Below are positions 1 through 11,494 of a DNA stretch of 64,000 nucleotides, one piece after another. The notes below the pieces were generated by a model. That model saw only the letters and a list, made by a program, of their open reading frames with translations, was not told the DNA's origin and ran no database searches. This DNA is from a virus (Duplodnaviria > Heunggongvirae > Uroviricota > Caudoviricetes): IMG/VR virus record IMGVR_UViG_2851938318_000001; one strand, given 5' to 3'. The translations under genes were made by a program, and so were the position numbers. Positions within the stretch are counted from its first letter, which is position 1, and each line of letters opens with the position of its first letter.

Positions 1-3000
1 ACGTTGAGTGTTTGGGTTGAGTGATCCGCCAGGGCGTTTCTCTTGCGCGATAGTCTCAAGCGCGATTGCTTTCATCCGTTGAGCGGCATTGTTCCATATG
101 CTTTCTGTATCGCCGGATTCAGTTGTGCTACCGTCACTATGGACGTTGATCTCAATTGATACCGGAGAAAGAACATTTCCTCCTCCACTCATACCATCGG
201 TACTGAGCGTTACAGGGATTGTTCGACCATCAGGCAATGGAACATACGCCTCATTCATAGAACCTTCCCCAAACAACGCTAATTGAGGCGAGTTAGCAAT
301 ACCGCCTTTCTGGTATGCCCGGAGCGGGATCACGCCGTCTTTTCCGAATATTCCTCCATTTGCAAACTTCGGGATTGCAGGAATGCCTTTAGTTCCGTCA
401 GCCACACTGCTGGTTGTGGTTTTAGCAGAGCTTGATGTCACACTATCGAAACCACCGCCAGCCCAAGCTGAAACAAGACCAGATGCAACCGTTGCTCCAA
501 AACTCAACCACTTATTACCAGAGCCGGAAGCATTAGCTCCAAGCATTGCAAACGCGGCAGACAGCGCGCCGGTAACAGAGCTGAGGTTCTGCATCGAGAA
601 GATGGAGTCCTTCACGGCTTTTGTCTCGGCATCTTTGGCTTCAGTACTATCAAATAGCCCTGATACCCAGCTACCAATCGCATTTGTTGCAGTGCCAATT
701 GCGCTGGTGGTCTGCTGTGTTGTTTGCCCCAATCCAGTTACCGAACTGGACGTCTCCTTCGTGGCTTCTCCTACCGACTTGTCACCGTTAACAGTGTTGC
801 CCATTCGTACCCCTTGATTGGCAACGGCGGAAGCAACCCCGGTCAGCAAATTACCACTCTGTGAACTACCAGCTGCGGTGGTTCCCATCCCCAACATGTT
901 CATTAGAGGCAGCGTGATCTGCGACTTCACGACCATATTGGTGATATCTTTCAAAATGGACTGAGACAGGCTGGAGAAGCTCATCTTCCCGTTAATAACG
1001 AAATCAGTCAGGACATCAGTTAAGCCACTAAACAAATCAGTCCAGGTGCTTTCGATCTGCTCTGCCAGGTTTTCGTATTCCAGTGCCAACTTCTGCGTCG
1101 CAGTCCCCGTCTCTTTAATAAGCGCGGTATTGCCAGCAGCAATAAGTTGATTGATTTTCTTTGTATAAAGCGCCACGACTTTAGGATCAGACGCCTTATC
1201 ACGAAGTTCTATCAACGCTTTGAGATTGCGGTTGTAGGTGTCTTCGAAATCAGCAACTTTCTCTTCACGAGACGGCGTATAGCCAGCACTAATAATGGAA
1301 TCTGATTCCGGTGCCCAAGTGGAGATCATCTGCTCAACATTGCGGCGATTAAACATCTCGCGATATTCAGGTGTCGCATTTTTGAGGTCTTCAAGACGTT
1401 TTTTCGCCTTGTCGATCATCTCTTGAGTGATGAACTCGTTAGGAACCGCATTAGCCAAATCTGTCAGCGATTTCGTTGTATCGCGAAGAGACTGATCAAA
1501 CGATACCGTAGCCTTAGAGCTTTCACCCATTTGCCCCATAAGCTGATCGGCCTTGTCCAGAGCCTTCTGGTATCCGGCTGCCAGTTTCTGTTGCGCTGCC
1601 TGTTCCTTCTTGGCCGCACGCTGCGAGGCGTTAGCTGATCGTTGGGCTGCTTTCTCGGCGGCTGCGGCATCCTGTTCACGAGCTTTAGTCAGTGCGGCAA
1701 TGGCTGCGGCACGCTCTTCATCGCTCATTTTCTCCAGAGAGCTGGCGCTGGATGCTTTCTGCAAATTAAGCTGCGTCTTGAGTTGTTTAGGCCCAATAAT
1801 CGGCTTACCTTCGAAGTCCATCATCGGAGTGCCGTCAGGCAGAGTACGCTGATAAGTCGCAGAATCCATCTGGTTTCGCATATATTGCGCCAGCGCCTTC
1901 TGAGCTGCTTTATCAGTTGTACCTAACCCCAGAACATCTCCATTGATTGACACTAAGCCATTACCACTTTTGGCCGCGTTATCCCTCTTAAACTCTGCCT
2001 GAGTCAGTTCCTGAGCAACGACTTCCAAATGCTCCTGATAGCCACGAATACTTCCTTGCAGTTTCTGAATCTGCTCGGTATTTCCTTCCTTTTTCGCTTT
2101 TTCAAGCTGATCATTAAGAGTCGCGATTTGCTTCTCGGTCGCATTCTTACGAGAAGAAAGTGAATCAACCAGTTTTTGCGCAGGCTCCAGATAGCTTTTG
2201 TTTACCGTTTCACGTAACGGTGCCAATAGCTTGTTCTTTTCGTCATCCGAAAGTGAACCGTCATCCTTGATTTTCTGGATTTTCTCCAGAGCCTCCTGAC
2301 GAGCTTTCACGAACGTTGCCGCAAAGTCTCTATTCTCTTCGAGTATTTTCTCTATCTGGGATTCTGCCGTCTCTTTTGCCAGACGTTTGGCTACAGCCAA
2401 ATCCCCTCTGGCAATAGTTTCATTGGTTTCATCGCGTTTCTTACGAAGTTCATTTAGCTCATTTTCTATTCGCTTACGTTCATCATGATTAATCTTTACT
2501 GTAGTTCCGGCCATACCCGGCCCATAAACCACCTTTTCGCCAGATTTTAACTCTTGTTCCTTTTGCGTGATTTGTTGCTCAAGACGCGCTTTATACTCGG
2601 CCATCTGTGCACGTTTAGCCGCCGTCATCGCTTCTGGTATTTTCCTAATCTCGTCAACGACCTTTGAAGTTTCGCTACGAAGCATGGTCATATACGTGAT
2701 TAAGCCAGCAACAGCGGTCATTGCAGCAGTGAAAACAAAACCTATCGGATTCGCCGCAATAAACGCAGTCAGGCCAGCAAAAGCGCCTTTAAGCCCCGTA
2801 ATCGCCCCACGGATGGCGAAAATAAGAGAGGGGATCGGAGCCAGCCCCATACGTGCCGCACGATTGAATCGAGTTACTGCTGTAGCGCCGAGGTTAAATG
2901 GAGTCTGTATGGCGGTCGCCATCGTGGCAAAGGTGCTAACCATCTGGCTGCCAGCACCAACTACCCCCATGATCCCTGCTCGCATCAGTTTGAACGCAAC

Positions 3001-4560
3001 CATCGCGGCCACGACCTTACCGAGATTAATTACCAGCTCTTGGTTCTTTGCTAACCATTGAGCAAGCTGACGCAACCCATCGATTGCCGTCGTTAACCCC
3101 GAACCTAAAGAATTGGCAAACGAAATCCCTTCGGCGCTATTCATGATTGAAGCCAGTTCTTTCATCCCCTTTGATAGAGAATCCAGATATCCGGCCTGAC
3201 CAACTCGATCAGCAAATAACGTGAATGACGTCTGAAGTTGCGCCAGCGCACCTGTGTAGGTTTGCATCATGTCTTTCGCTGCGTTCTCGTTCTCCGCACG
3301 CAGACCAACAAACATCAGAGACAACGCCTGTTTTGCCTCAACCGTACCGCTGGCAACAGCTTTAGTCAGTTCCCCCATAGTGATGCCTGCGGCATCTGCC
3401 ATTGCCTGCATCGCGTTAGGAACGGCTTCACCTAATTGCTGACGTAGCTCTTCCATTGACACAACGCCCTTACCGGACATCTGCTGAACGGCCACAGCCG
3501 CACGTTTCAACAGCTCACTATCACCACCAAAACGAGCAACGGAGTCCACCAGCGCCTTCAGAGAACCATCGGTTGGATCTAAGCCAGCAGAACGAAACTT
3601 CACGAAGGAATCTGTTAACGCCTGCATCGCGAACGGCGCATTTTGAGCCATGTCTACGATGTACTTCATATCATCAGCGGCAGCCTGGCCAGGGTTGGAC
3701 TTCTCCTTATTCAACCCTCGAAGCATCACCCGCATACGTTCCATTTCGGCCGCAGCTTCAACAATAGGCTTCTGCCACCCAAACATGATGTCAGTAACCG
3801 TTCTGGCTGCATCTCCGATCTCGCCAAGCAGGAAAATGTTGCCACGAAGGCCAGAGAACATACCTCCTTCGTTATTTTTACCGCTGTGACCAGAAGCGCC
3901 GCTACGCTGCCCGCTACCACCATCGCCACTTCCAGATGTACGAACGCGTACCGGCTTGCTAATCAGTTGCTGACGTCCGATAACTTCGTCCATCTGCTCA
4001 CGAACCTTTTTCAGTCCCTCGGCAGCCTGACTCGTTGTGACCCCCCAATTACTGAGTCGCTTCGTCGTGGTATTAAGGCGCGTATTCATGCCACTCACGG
4101 ACGCAGATGCTTCTTTGACCTCCGTTCCAAAGCGGCTTGCGCTTTTGCTTGCATAGGTCGCCCAATCAGAGAAATCATTTAGCTCTGATTGCACTTTACG
4201 TAATGACGCAGTGAGTTTATCTACTGAAGAAGTTGTCGTATCGACGCGCTCAATCAGGGCTTTAAGACCAGAATTGAGGCTGGTGATGTTGCCACGCATT
4301 TTACGCGTAGCATCTGAAGCAAGCTCAAAACCGGCAGCTACATCCTGTAGTTTATCTGCCGTAGAATCGAGCTTGCTTTCCAGAACGCCAATGATACGGG
4401 CGACCGAACCCAAAGAGCGTTCAAAGGTTTGGATTTTTTGAGCAGGCTTTGTTACCTGCTCACCAAATCGAGTAAGCAGTTTCCCCGCACGATCGATTGA
4501 CGCTGTAAACTGTTTGTCTTCCAGCGACAGGATAAACTCTACGTTTTGTGACATTCCCTT
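1..4560 (-). CDS. tail tape measure protein (partial, continues beyond window start)
   Basis: ATG at 4560 (MSQNVEFILSLEDKQF...); minus-strand frame open to position 1 (checked at window start); only short antisense ORFs on + strand; sits directly downstream of tail chaperone pair. Confidence 0.65.
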
Positions 4561-4561
4561 G

Positions 4562-4831
4562 TCATCCTCTGCCAAATATTTGCATCAGTTGCTCTTTGGC
4601 GTCAGGGTCTGCCTTATCCTGGCTTGGATCGTAGACTTTATCTGTTACGACTGGTCTTCCAATCCTGAGTTGCAAACCCTCCATGAACGCCTTCACAGCC
4701 TCGCCATCCGCCTGGGACGCACGAGCGACTTGTAAGTTGCGGACATCCTCTTCCGCACGCAGACGGTCTATATTGCGACTGAGCATCCAGAACATCGTGA
4801 GAGGGATGTTCAATAGCTCTAATGGCGACAC
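4562..4831 (-). CDS. tail assembly chaperone, frameshift-extension ORF (gpT-like)
   Basis: ORF in alternate frame between chaperone and tape measure; classic G/GT arrangement; slip site not defined. Confidence 0.4.
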   Translation of the reverse strand: MSPLELLNIPLTMFWMLSRNIDRLRAEEDVRNLQVARASQADGEAVKAFMEGLQLRIGRPVVTDKVYDPSQDKADPDAKEQLMQIFGRG

Positions 4832-4911
4832 AGCGTAGTGAGCAACTACACGACTGAAATAGAATCCGAGATCTATTGAAACGGTCCTTGTCCCGGATTC
4901 ATCGCGGGAAA

Positions 4912-5229
4912 TTACTTTGCCCCTTCGCCAGCCGCTTTTTCGTTTTCTTCATCAATCACTTCCATAGCGAAGGTGAAGATCTGCTGGAGTTGCGGAACAG
5001 TCAGTTTTTCAAGAACTTCGTCAGGTACTGAAGGGATAACCTTACGAACCAGATCTGCATAAGCTGTCACTTGCTCAACAGGAGACATGTTCATGAGATC
5101 TTTACCTTCCATCTGCTTGATGGAAACGAACAGACCTACCGTCATTTCAACGATGGGATATTCCTGACCGCCAAATTTGATGCTTTTCTTCGGAGGCAGA
5201 ATGGAATCGAGATCGAGTAATTTGGTCAT
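4912..5229 (-). CDS. tail assembly chaperone (gpG-like)
   Basis: 105 aa acidic protein between major tail protein and tape measure. Confidence 0.5.
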   Translation of the reverse strand: MTKLLDLDSILPPKKSIKFGGQEYPIVEMTVGLFVSIKQMEGKDLMNMSPVEQVTAYADLVRKVIPSVPDEVLEKLTVPQLQQIFTFAMEVIDEENEKAAGEGAK

Positions 5230-5284
5230 TGGTTAAAATCCTTTTAAAAGAGAGGCCCATCCTGAGCCTCTGCTTAATTACTGA

Positions 5285-6067
5285 TTAATCTGCGGGGTTA
5301 ATCGTTACTGACTTAGTAGCCTTCTTAGAACCGCTATTGCTGGTGAAGGAGATGTTTGCAGTACCCTGCGCCACACCACGTACCAGACCCGTTTGATCTA
5401 CCGTGGCCTTTTCCTGGTCTTCGGATTCCCAAACACCGGTTTTGTCTGCGGCATCAGCTGGAGTGATTTCGGCTGTCAGTTGCACAGTTTCTCCAGCTTT
5501 TACGGTTGGAGATTCCGGTGTGATCGACACAGTTTTTACCGGTTTGGGACCGCTCATTTTGCCCAGAACGCCTTCATCATCCGGGTATGCGCTGAACTGA
5601 ACAGAGAACACACGAACATCATCAGACTGGTAGGTCATAGTGAAGTTGCCCGCGGTTGCCGCTTTCGGAATGGTCAACACATAGTCGGTGGTGTCCTGCG
5701 GAGTCAGAACCAGCTCCTTCGCCACATCGATCAGGTTGACGCCCTGTGCAGATGTGATCGTGACAGAGTTGTCATCTTCGCTCAGAGTAGAACCGGGCAT
5801 CAGGTCAACCATGTTTTGGAGTACAGACTCAGCCAGAGGCGCGGTGATGGTAATGTTGCGCCCCTGAACTAATTCGGAAATTACGGTCTGCCCCAACTGA
5901 TCGACGGTGACTTTCAGCGTTTCAGTGGCTACTTCAACCTGAACACCACCTTTGGTGTAACCCAAATCCACACCACCAAACGACACCTTACAGGCACCAA
6001 GTTTGATGTTTTTTACATGGGTATTAGACATTGATGGAAAACTCCTTTTTCCGTTAATTCTACGCAT
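5285..6067 (-). CDS. major tail protein with C-terminal Ig-like (Big_2) domain
   Basis: C-terminal segment TVSITPESPTVKAGETVQLTAEITPADAADKTGVWESED...ATVDQTGLV matches Big_2 pattern; position upstream of chaperones. Confidence 0.7.
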   Translation of the reverse strand: MRRINGKRSFPSMSNTHVKNIKLGACKVSFGGVDLGYTKGGVQVEVATETLKVTVDQLGQTVISELVQGRNITITAPLAESVLQNMVDLMPGSTLSEDDNSVTITSAQGVNLIDVAKELVLTPQDTTDYVLTIPKAATAGNFTMTYQSDDVRVFSVQFSAYPDDEGVLGKMSGPKPVKTVSITPESPTVKAGETVQLTAEITPADAADKTGVWESEDQEKATVDQTGLVRGVAQGTANISFTSNSGSKKATKSVTINPAD

Positions 6068-6105
6068 TCATTGCGCTAATGGTAAGTATATACTTACCTA
6101 TTGAC

Positions 6106-6612
6106 TTAATTCAATAAATAGCCAGCAAATTCAACAGGAATGCCTGCTTCTATTAATGCCCCATCATTTTTGGGATAAATGATTGGCATCGCCATCGGTC
6201 GTACAAGTCGAAAATAAACACCACCAGATTCCGTTTCCTCTACTGGAAACATCTCAATGATTTTATTGGCTTTCTCAACCGTCGTAGTAATTGACGAACC
6301 ACGCACAATGATTGTGAATGATTCGTGATAAAAGCCCTGTAGCTCATGATCGATGCAGATGCCGGTATTTGGGTTAATAAGCAAGACGCCAGATTTCACA
6401 TTGGCAGGCAAGTAGTGACAGAAAATGTCAGTCCCGACCGTGCCAATCTTTGCCTTCTGCATCAAACTTGCAAACGCTTCGATAAACACATTAACCTCTC
6501 GTAAAACCGGCTTTTCTGGCAGCCTCAAGAATCGCTTCTGAGAACTGCTTCTCGCTAATTTCCACCGCTCTTTCCAGAAAGTGTGGCCCAACACGAGGTT
6601 TAACACCGGCAA
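6106..6612 (-). CDS. tail completion / tail terminator-like protein (start probably internal)
   Basis: position in head-tail joining block; overlaps upstream ORF so true start likely a downstream Met. Confidence 0.35.
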   Translation of the reverse strand: MPVLNLVLGHTFWKERWKLARSSSQKRFLRLPEKPVLREVNVFIEAFASLMQKAKIGTVGTDIFCHYLPANVKSGVLLINPNTGICIDHELQGFYHESFTIIVRGSSITTTVEKANKIIEMFPVEETESGGVYFRLVRPMAMPIIYPKNDGALIEAGIPVEFAGYLLN

Positions 6613-6964
6613 TTGGTGGATTTGTCACGTTCTTCATTCGAGAAAGATAACCGAGTCGATATTTACCCAGCTCCATGTACTTAGCATAGTCACCTACTTC
6701 TACGCCCGGATGCCCCTGACGTGGTTTTGCTCCAGACACAGAAAGCTCAATGCGCAGCCCTGAATAACCTTCTTTAATCACCCTGGCAAAGATAGCTGTC
6801 TCCAGAGATCCGGTTTCCAGCGGAGCCATTGCACGGCTGAGACGCTCAACCAAACGCGCCAGCTTTTCCATGTCCCGAATAAGATATCGCTTAAATGCTT
6901 TCTGGCTGTTGTTGAGTCTATTCCCCGCACGTTTGAACTGATGCGCATCGTATTTCAGACCCAT
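6491..6964 (-). CDS. head-tail joining / neck protein
   Basis: co-directional ORF in connector block. Confidence 0.4.
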   Translation of the reverse strand: MGLKYDAHQFKRAGNRLNNSQKAFKRYLIRDMEKLARLVERLSRAMAPLETGSLETAIFARVIKEGYSGLRIELSVSGAKPRQGHPGVEVGDYAKYMELGKYRLGYLSRMKNVTNPPIAGVKPRVGPHFLERAVEISEKQFSEAILEAARKAGFTRG

Positions 6965-7395
6965 ATATTCGCCCCCACTTCAAGATGCCCAGGTCTTCCT
7001 CGTAGCCCCCAGCGACGATGAACACTGGACACCTTTAATTTTTGACCTTCAAGGATCAGCACATCATCAAGTTGTACAGCCGCTTCTAAAGGGACAACTA
7101 ACACAGCATCAAACAACTCCAGACTCGCCTTACCACGGCTACCAGAGCTATCAGCACGAACTGACGATTTCTCATTACTCTGTTCGAACTTAACCACGCC
7201 GACATTCGTCTTCCTGACGAATTGCAATTGCGCCTCGCCGTAAACGTTCTTTGCGCCAAAGCGGTAGATCGCAATTTCTGTTTGCCATGAAATATTCATG
7301 CTCTCTCCCTGTTGTTGTCGGTCGCTCTCATTACTGGCCAAAAACCATTTCGACCAAAAGTAAATAATGCGACTAGCGTTACGCACGGCGAACAA
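6955..7395 (-). CDS. head-tail connector protein
   Basis: co-directional overlapping ORF in connector block. Confidence 0.4.
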   Translation of the reverse strand: MFAVRNASRIIYFWSKWFLASNESDRQQQGESMNISWQTEIAIYRFGAKNVYGEAQLQFVRKTNVGVVKFEQSNEKSSVRADSSGSRGKASLELFDAVLVVPLEAAVQLDDVLILEGQKLKVSSVHRRWGLRGRPGHLEVGANIWV

Positions 7396-8212
7396 TCATA
7401 CGGTTGTTAATGTAACTGACCAGCAAGCGCCAGGTACTGCGAGCCACATGCACGTTTGCAGCTTTACCGGTACGGTACATGTTGGTTGTTTCACCGATGG
7501 ACTCTGACAAAATGCCATCTTCTCGTGCTGCGGCAACATCATTGCCATTTGCGATCTCACACGCTTCGTTGACAACGGCAAGCATCAACGCTTCTTTGAA
7601 GTAGTCAGGGAACTCTTCAAACTTCTCCTGCGTCATCTTTTCCCAATCGACTAAATCATGCCGGTACGCTCCGTCTGCTCCCCACGGAATGTCATACACA
7701 TTCAGCATATTTTGAGGGCGATCGTATCGGTCAAAGTCGATACGTAGAATTTTGCGGATTGAGAACGGTAAAGTTTTAATTCGTCTGGTAGCCTCAATGA
7801 GACGCTTGCGCATTAAGCCTTCACCATCCGACAGCAAAGTGTCCCCATTCAGCATATCGATCGCCTGCATTTGAGCATCAGCGACAGTTGCAAACGACTG
7901 TTCTGGTATCGACAGTTCAAAACTATTCAGCAGAACATACATTTGCCGCTCTTCATGCGTCAGACCCGATGCAACAGCCTTCACAATGACGTACCGCAGA
8001 TCGCGTTCTTTCTCAGAGAGCAGGTTATATTCAGCCGACACGACAACCGGAATCGACATTTGCCCGCTGGTAATTTCTAGCGGCTCGCCATCAACGAGAA
8101 TAGCCCCGGTGCTGTCCTTTACTGTGTAGGTGGCAGATTCGATATCCAGCACGTTGAAGGCAAATGAAAGAGAAACAGCTTCACCGCTACGATACGAGTC
8201 GATCTGCGCCAT
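7379..8212 (-). CDS. virion structural protein (head-tail region)
   Basis: 277 aa ORF, overlapping neighbours by a few bp. Confidence 0.4.
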   Translation of the reverse strand: MAQIDSYRSGEAVSLSFAFNVLDIESATYTVKDSTGAILVDGEPLEITSGQMSIPVVVSAEYNLLSEKERDLRYVIVKAVASGLTHEERQMYVLLNSFELSIPEQSFATVADAQMQAIDMLNGDTLLSDGEGLMRKRLIEATRRIKTLPFSIRKILRIDFDRYDRPQNMLNVYDIPWGADGAYRHDLVDWEKMTQEKFEEFPDYFKEALMLAVVNEACEIANGNDVAAAREDGILSESIGETTNMYRTGKAANVHVARSTWRLLVSYINNRMIVRRA

Positions 8213-8646
8213 TACTCACCGCCTTGTGCTTTCAGGATGCCTTCAATCATCTCGACAATTCCTTTCGCTTTAACACCAACCTGATTACCAATAACTCGTA
8301 GACCGGCAATACCTTCGTTGTCTGCAATGGACTCCAGCTCTTCTCGTGTGAAAGTCTGGATCTGTTTGGCCGGTTCATCTGGTGTCCCACGTTTCATTGG
8401 CACAATGTCAGGCGCTACTGGCTCTGTAATCAGGTCTGCGGCCAATTCACCACGATCACTGTATGCGGCAGATGGGGAAACATTTTTTCCCTCTACTGTT
8501 GACGCTCGCATTGATGCACAAATTCTCTGCTGATCGATAAAAGGCAACTCCGCTACGGATACCCCGTTCTCGAACTGAACGCCGCACAGCATTCCCGAAT
8601 AACCGGAAAATTGCGGTTCTAATAAAACAATTTTTGCTGGTTTCAT
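8212..8646 (-). CDS. head completion / adaptor-like protein
   Basis: 144 aa ORF between Ig-like protein and connector genes. Confidence 0.4.
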   Translation of the reverse strand: MKPAKIVLLEPQFSGYSGMLCGVQFENGVSVAELPFIDQQRICASMRASTVEGKNVSPSAAYSDRGELAADLITEPVAPDIVPMKRGTPDEPAKQIQTFTREELESIADNEGIAGLRVIGNQVGVKAKGIVEMIEGILKAQGGE

Positions 8647-8690
8647 AACGCTTTCTCTCCACTTGGGCGGCTTTCGCCGCCCAATATCGG

Positions 8691-9611
8691 TTATTCCTGT
8701 GCGGCAGTGACCTCTACGGTCGCTGTCGCTTTGTGGCTACCATCTTGTGTAGTAACCTCGATTGTGGCAGTGCCAGCCGCAACACCAGTTACAACACCGG
8801 TTTCGCTGTCCACCGTTGCAAACTCGGTATTTTTGGATTCCCAAGTAACGGTTTTATTTGTGGCTCCTACCGGCTCGACATTTGCGGTCAGCTGAACAGT
8901 TTTGTTTGCCTCAACGGTTGTGCTATTTGGGTCGATTTCGACACCAGTAACAGCCACAACAGGCGCAGTTACTTCCACCGTTGCAGTTGCCTTTTTGCTG
9001 CCATCTTGGGAAACGATCTCAATCGTCGCAGTGCCAACTTCTACACCAGTTACGTTCCCGCTCTGGTCTACCGTTGCCTTATCTTCATTTTTGGAAGACC
9101 AGGTAACAGCCTTATTCGTCGCATTTGACGGCTGAACATTCGCTTTCAGACTGACTGATTTTCCTTTCTCAACAGAGGTTGAGTCTGGCGTTACCGTTAC
9201 GGATTGAACGGCTACCGGATTTACGGTGACTTCCACTGAAGCGGAAAGCTGGGTTTCCTGATCAGTTGCAGTAATTTTTACTTTGCCTGGGGCTACGCCA
9301 GTTACTAATCCAGTGCCGTTAACGGTTGCAATTTGATCATTGGCTGACTTCCAGGTGAATGAACTGGCACTCTTACCCATAGTAATACCTGCACTAAGTT
9401 GAACAGTTTTCCCAACCAAAACTGACGGTGAAGCCGGGGTTATGTTTACGGATTGGGAGAAGGGAACCGCCTGCAAACAAGCAGATAGCTGACTTTGTTG
9501 TCGCTCGGTTAAAGGTTCATCGGAGATAGAATTGGTAAATCCGGCACGGCACATATGCCCCGTAAAATCCGAAAATGCCTCTTCCGTAATCTTCATCTTT
9601 TGTTCTGGCAT
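8691..9611 (-). CDS. Ig-like (Big_2 x3) virion decoration protein
   Basis: three tandem Big_2-like repeats (e.g. VTVTPDSTSVEKGKSVSLKANVQPSNATNKAVTWSSKNEDKATVDQSGNVTGV). Confidence 0.6.
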   Translation of the reverse strand: MPEQKMKITEEAFSDFTGHMCRAGFTNSISDEPLTERQQSQLSACLQAVPFSQSVNITPASPSVLVGKTVQLSAGITMGKSASSFTWKSANDQIATVNGTGLVTGVAPGKVKITATDQETQLSASVEVTVNPVAVQSVTVTPDSTSVEKGKSVSLKANVQPSNATNKAVTWSSKNEDKATVDQSGNVTGVEVGTATIEIVSQDGSKKATATVEVTAPVVAVTGVEIDPNSTTVEANKTVQLTANVEPVGATNKTVTWESKNTEFATVDSETGVVTGVAAGTATIEVTTQDGSHKATATVEVTAAQE

Positions 9612-9614
9612 TTC

Positions 9615-9645
9615 TCGCTCCTACAAAAAGGGTGGGCGTATAGCC
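9615..9645 (-). terminator. strong rho-independent terminator downstream of capsid gene
   Basis: aaaaa-gggtgggcgtatagcccaccc. Confidence 0.65.
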
Positions 9646-9684
9646 CACCCTTTAACATAGATAATTACTTATCTACTGCACTGA

Positions 9685-10560
9685 TTAAATTTTTACATTG
9701 GTCAGTGCAGCGATAGCCTTATCGTGCTTATTCGCCAGAGAGCAGTACCACTTCACACGGGTACGTACTGCGTCTTTGTTCTGTACAGTACCAATGTTTT
9801 CAACAACGATACCTGCGTTGTCGCCGCCATACAGACCAGTAACGCCGTTCTCTTCTGACAGATGCAGGCAGTAGATGCTTGCTTTGCCAGAATCGGTCGG
9901 GATGAAGTCGTTGATGATGAACGGAACGCCGTTGTGACACAGCATCGGACGACCGAAGTTCTCCATCATGATTTCAGACGGACCTACGTTTACTGTACGC
10001 AGCAGCGCACGGTAAGCACGCAGGTGCTCTGAACGCATCATGATGCAGTCAGCACCAAGATCTTTCACCGCATCGACCAGTTCGTCGAACATGGAGAAAG
10101 TCATAGATGCACCTGCGATGTCGATCTTCTGATCTTCATGCATCAGGCGTGGAATACCGTCGAACGCTTTGTTGTTGGAGCTGGAGTCACCCAAAATCAG
10201 GTTGCGGCGGAACGCACGAGCCAGACCTTTAACTTTCTGACGAACCTGAATAGCCAACTGGTTATTGGTGTCGGCCATAGTGGTTGCCAGGAATTTATCA
10301 ACGTCTACGTCACCAGCCAGAATACGCAGTTTCGCAACGCATTCTTCGAAGGTTGCTGCACCTTCAGGGATGGTGTCGTTAACGTCGATGAAGGTAGCTT
10401 CACTCAGCGTTTTTTCACGGTTGTACAGATATGCCTTTGAATTAATTTTCATAAAAGGCAAGATGGCAAACAGGTCATCGCGATCGATGATAGTTTCGAT
10501 CACACCCTGTTCAAGTTCGTTGTTAGACAGCTTTTCAGCTTCTTCACGCAGTAATGGCAT
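9685..10560 (-). CDS. major capsid protein (putative)
   Basis: 291 aa ORF between scaffold-like gene and decoration protein; strong terminator downstream. Confidence 0.5.
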   Translation of the reverse strand: MPLLREEAEKLSNNELEQGVIETIIDRDDLFAILPFMKINSKAYLYNREKTLSEATFIDVNDTIPEGAATFEECVAKLRILAGDVDVDKFLATTMADTNNQLAIQVRQKVKGLARAFRRNLILGDSSSNNKAFDGIPRLMHEDQKIDIAGASMTFSMFDELVDAVKDLGADCIMMRSEHLRAYRALLRTVNVGPSEIMMENFGRPMLCHNGVPFIINDFIPTDSGKASIYCLHLSEENGVTGLYGGDNAGIVVENIGTVQNKDAVRTRVKWYCSLANKHDKAIAALTNVKI

Positions 10561-10585
10561 CTATCAATTCCCTTTGATTTAGATG

Positions 10586-11473
10586 TTACTTAAGTCCAAT
10601 TTTCCCCAGACCGGAGGCCAACTTATCCATAGTCGACTTGTTCTTCGGTTGGGATATTGTGTAGGTCGATTTGGAATGTGAGCCTACACCCTGCTTGGCT
10701 TCGCTACGCATCAATGCGTCAGCTTCCGGATCTGCCCGCACAATGCGTTCAATCGCGGATTCAAACGGCAACGGCTTACCTTCACCGTCAACCAGAACAG
10801 CTCGTTCTTTATGACCTGCCGGTTTGTCATAACCCACTACGCTACCGTCTTCACCCACTTCAAAATGAGAACCGTAGATCACGCGGGCTTTTGCCGGAGT
10901 CATCAGAACTTTGTCACGTAGGAAGAGAGAGTTACTGAAGGAAGCGCCCACGGTCATCTCGACTAATTGAGATTTCAGTGATGCGTTTTCACTTTCCAGT
11001 GCTGCATAACGTTCGTCACGCTGTGCCAGCTCTGCCTGGTGTGCTTCGATCATCTGTTTTTTAACAGCATCGAACTCACCACGACGCTCCAGTTCAGCTT
11101 GCTCCGCCTCACGACGTGCATTTTCTGCGGCCTGTTCAGCTTCTAAAAGCTGGCGAGCACGCGCCGGGTCGATATCACCGTACTGAGCAAGCTGATCGGC
11201 CAATGTGCGCTCTTTCTCTTTGCGCTTCATGTTCTCTTTCAGCAGTTCAGCACCAGCTTTCTTGGTTTTACGAAGTTCGGCCAGTAACTCTTCATGAGTC
11301 ATGCCAGCGTATTCGTCATCACCCTTCGGCTGCTCTTTTTGTTCACCCTGTTTGTCAGGATTTTGTGTACTCTGCTCATTATCAGCAGCTACACCGCCAG
11401 CGCCTCCACGCTCATGCGCTTCAGCAACATTCATCAGACCACGACGGGCCAAAAGCATTTGCCACAGTTTCAT
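10586..11473 (-). CDS. scaffolding protein (putative)
   Basis: charged, coiled-coil-rich (AELLKENMKRKEKERTLADQLAQ...) protein between portal and capsid. Confidence 0.45.
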   Translation of the reverse strand: MKLWQMLLARRGLMNVAEAHERGGAGGVAADNEQSTQNPDKQGEQKEQPKGDDEYAGMTHEELLAELRKTKKAGAELLKENMKRKEKERTLADQLAQYGDIDPARARQLLEAEQAAENARREAEQAELERRGEFDAVKKQMIEAHQAELAQRDERYAALESENASLKSQLVEMTVGASFSNSLFLRDKVLMTPAKARVIYGSHFEVGEDGSVVGYDKPAGHKERAVLVDGEGKPLPFESAIERIVRADPEADALMRSEAKQGVGSHSKSTYTISQPKNKSTMDKLASGLGKIGLK

Positions 11474-11494
11474 AAAAATTCCCTTTGTTACTTA

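Noticed and set aside
383-4182. Multiple + strand ORFs (e.g. 383..817, 2567..3061, 3643..4182) across the first 4.5 kb
   Set aside because: They overlap each other in different frames and lie antisense to a continuous minus-strand tape-measure reading frame; treated as shadow ORFs.
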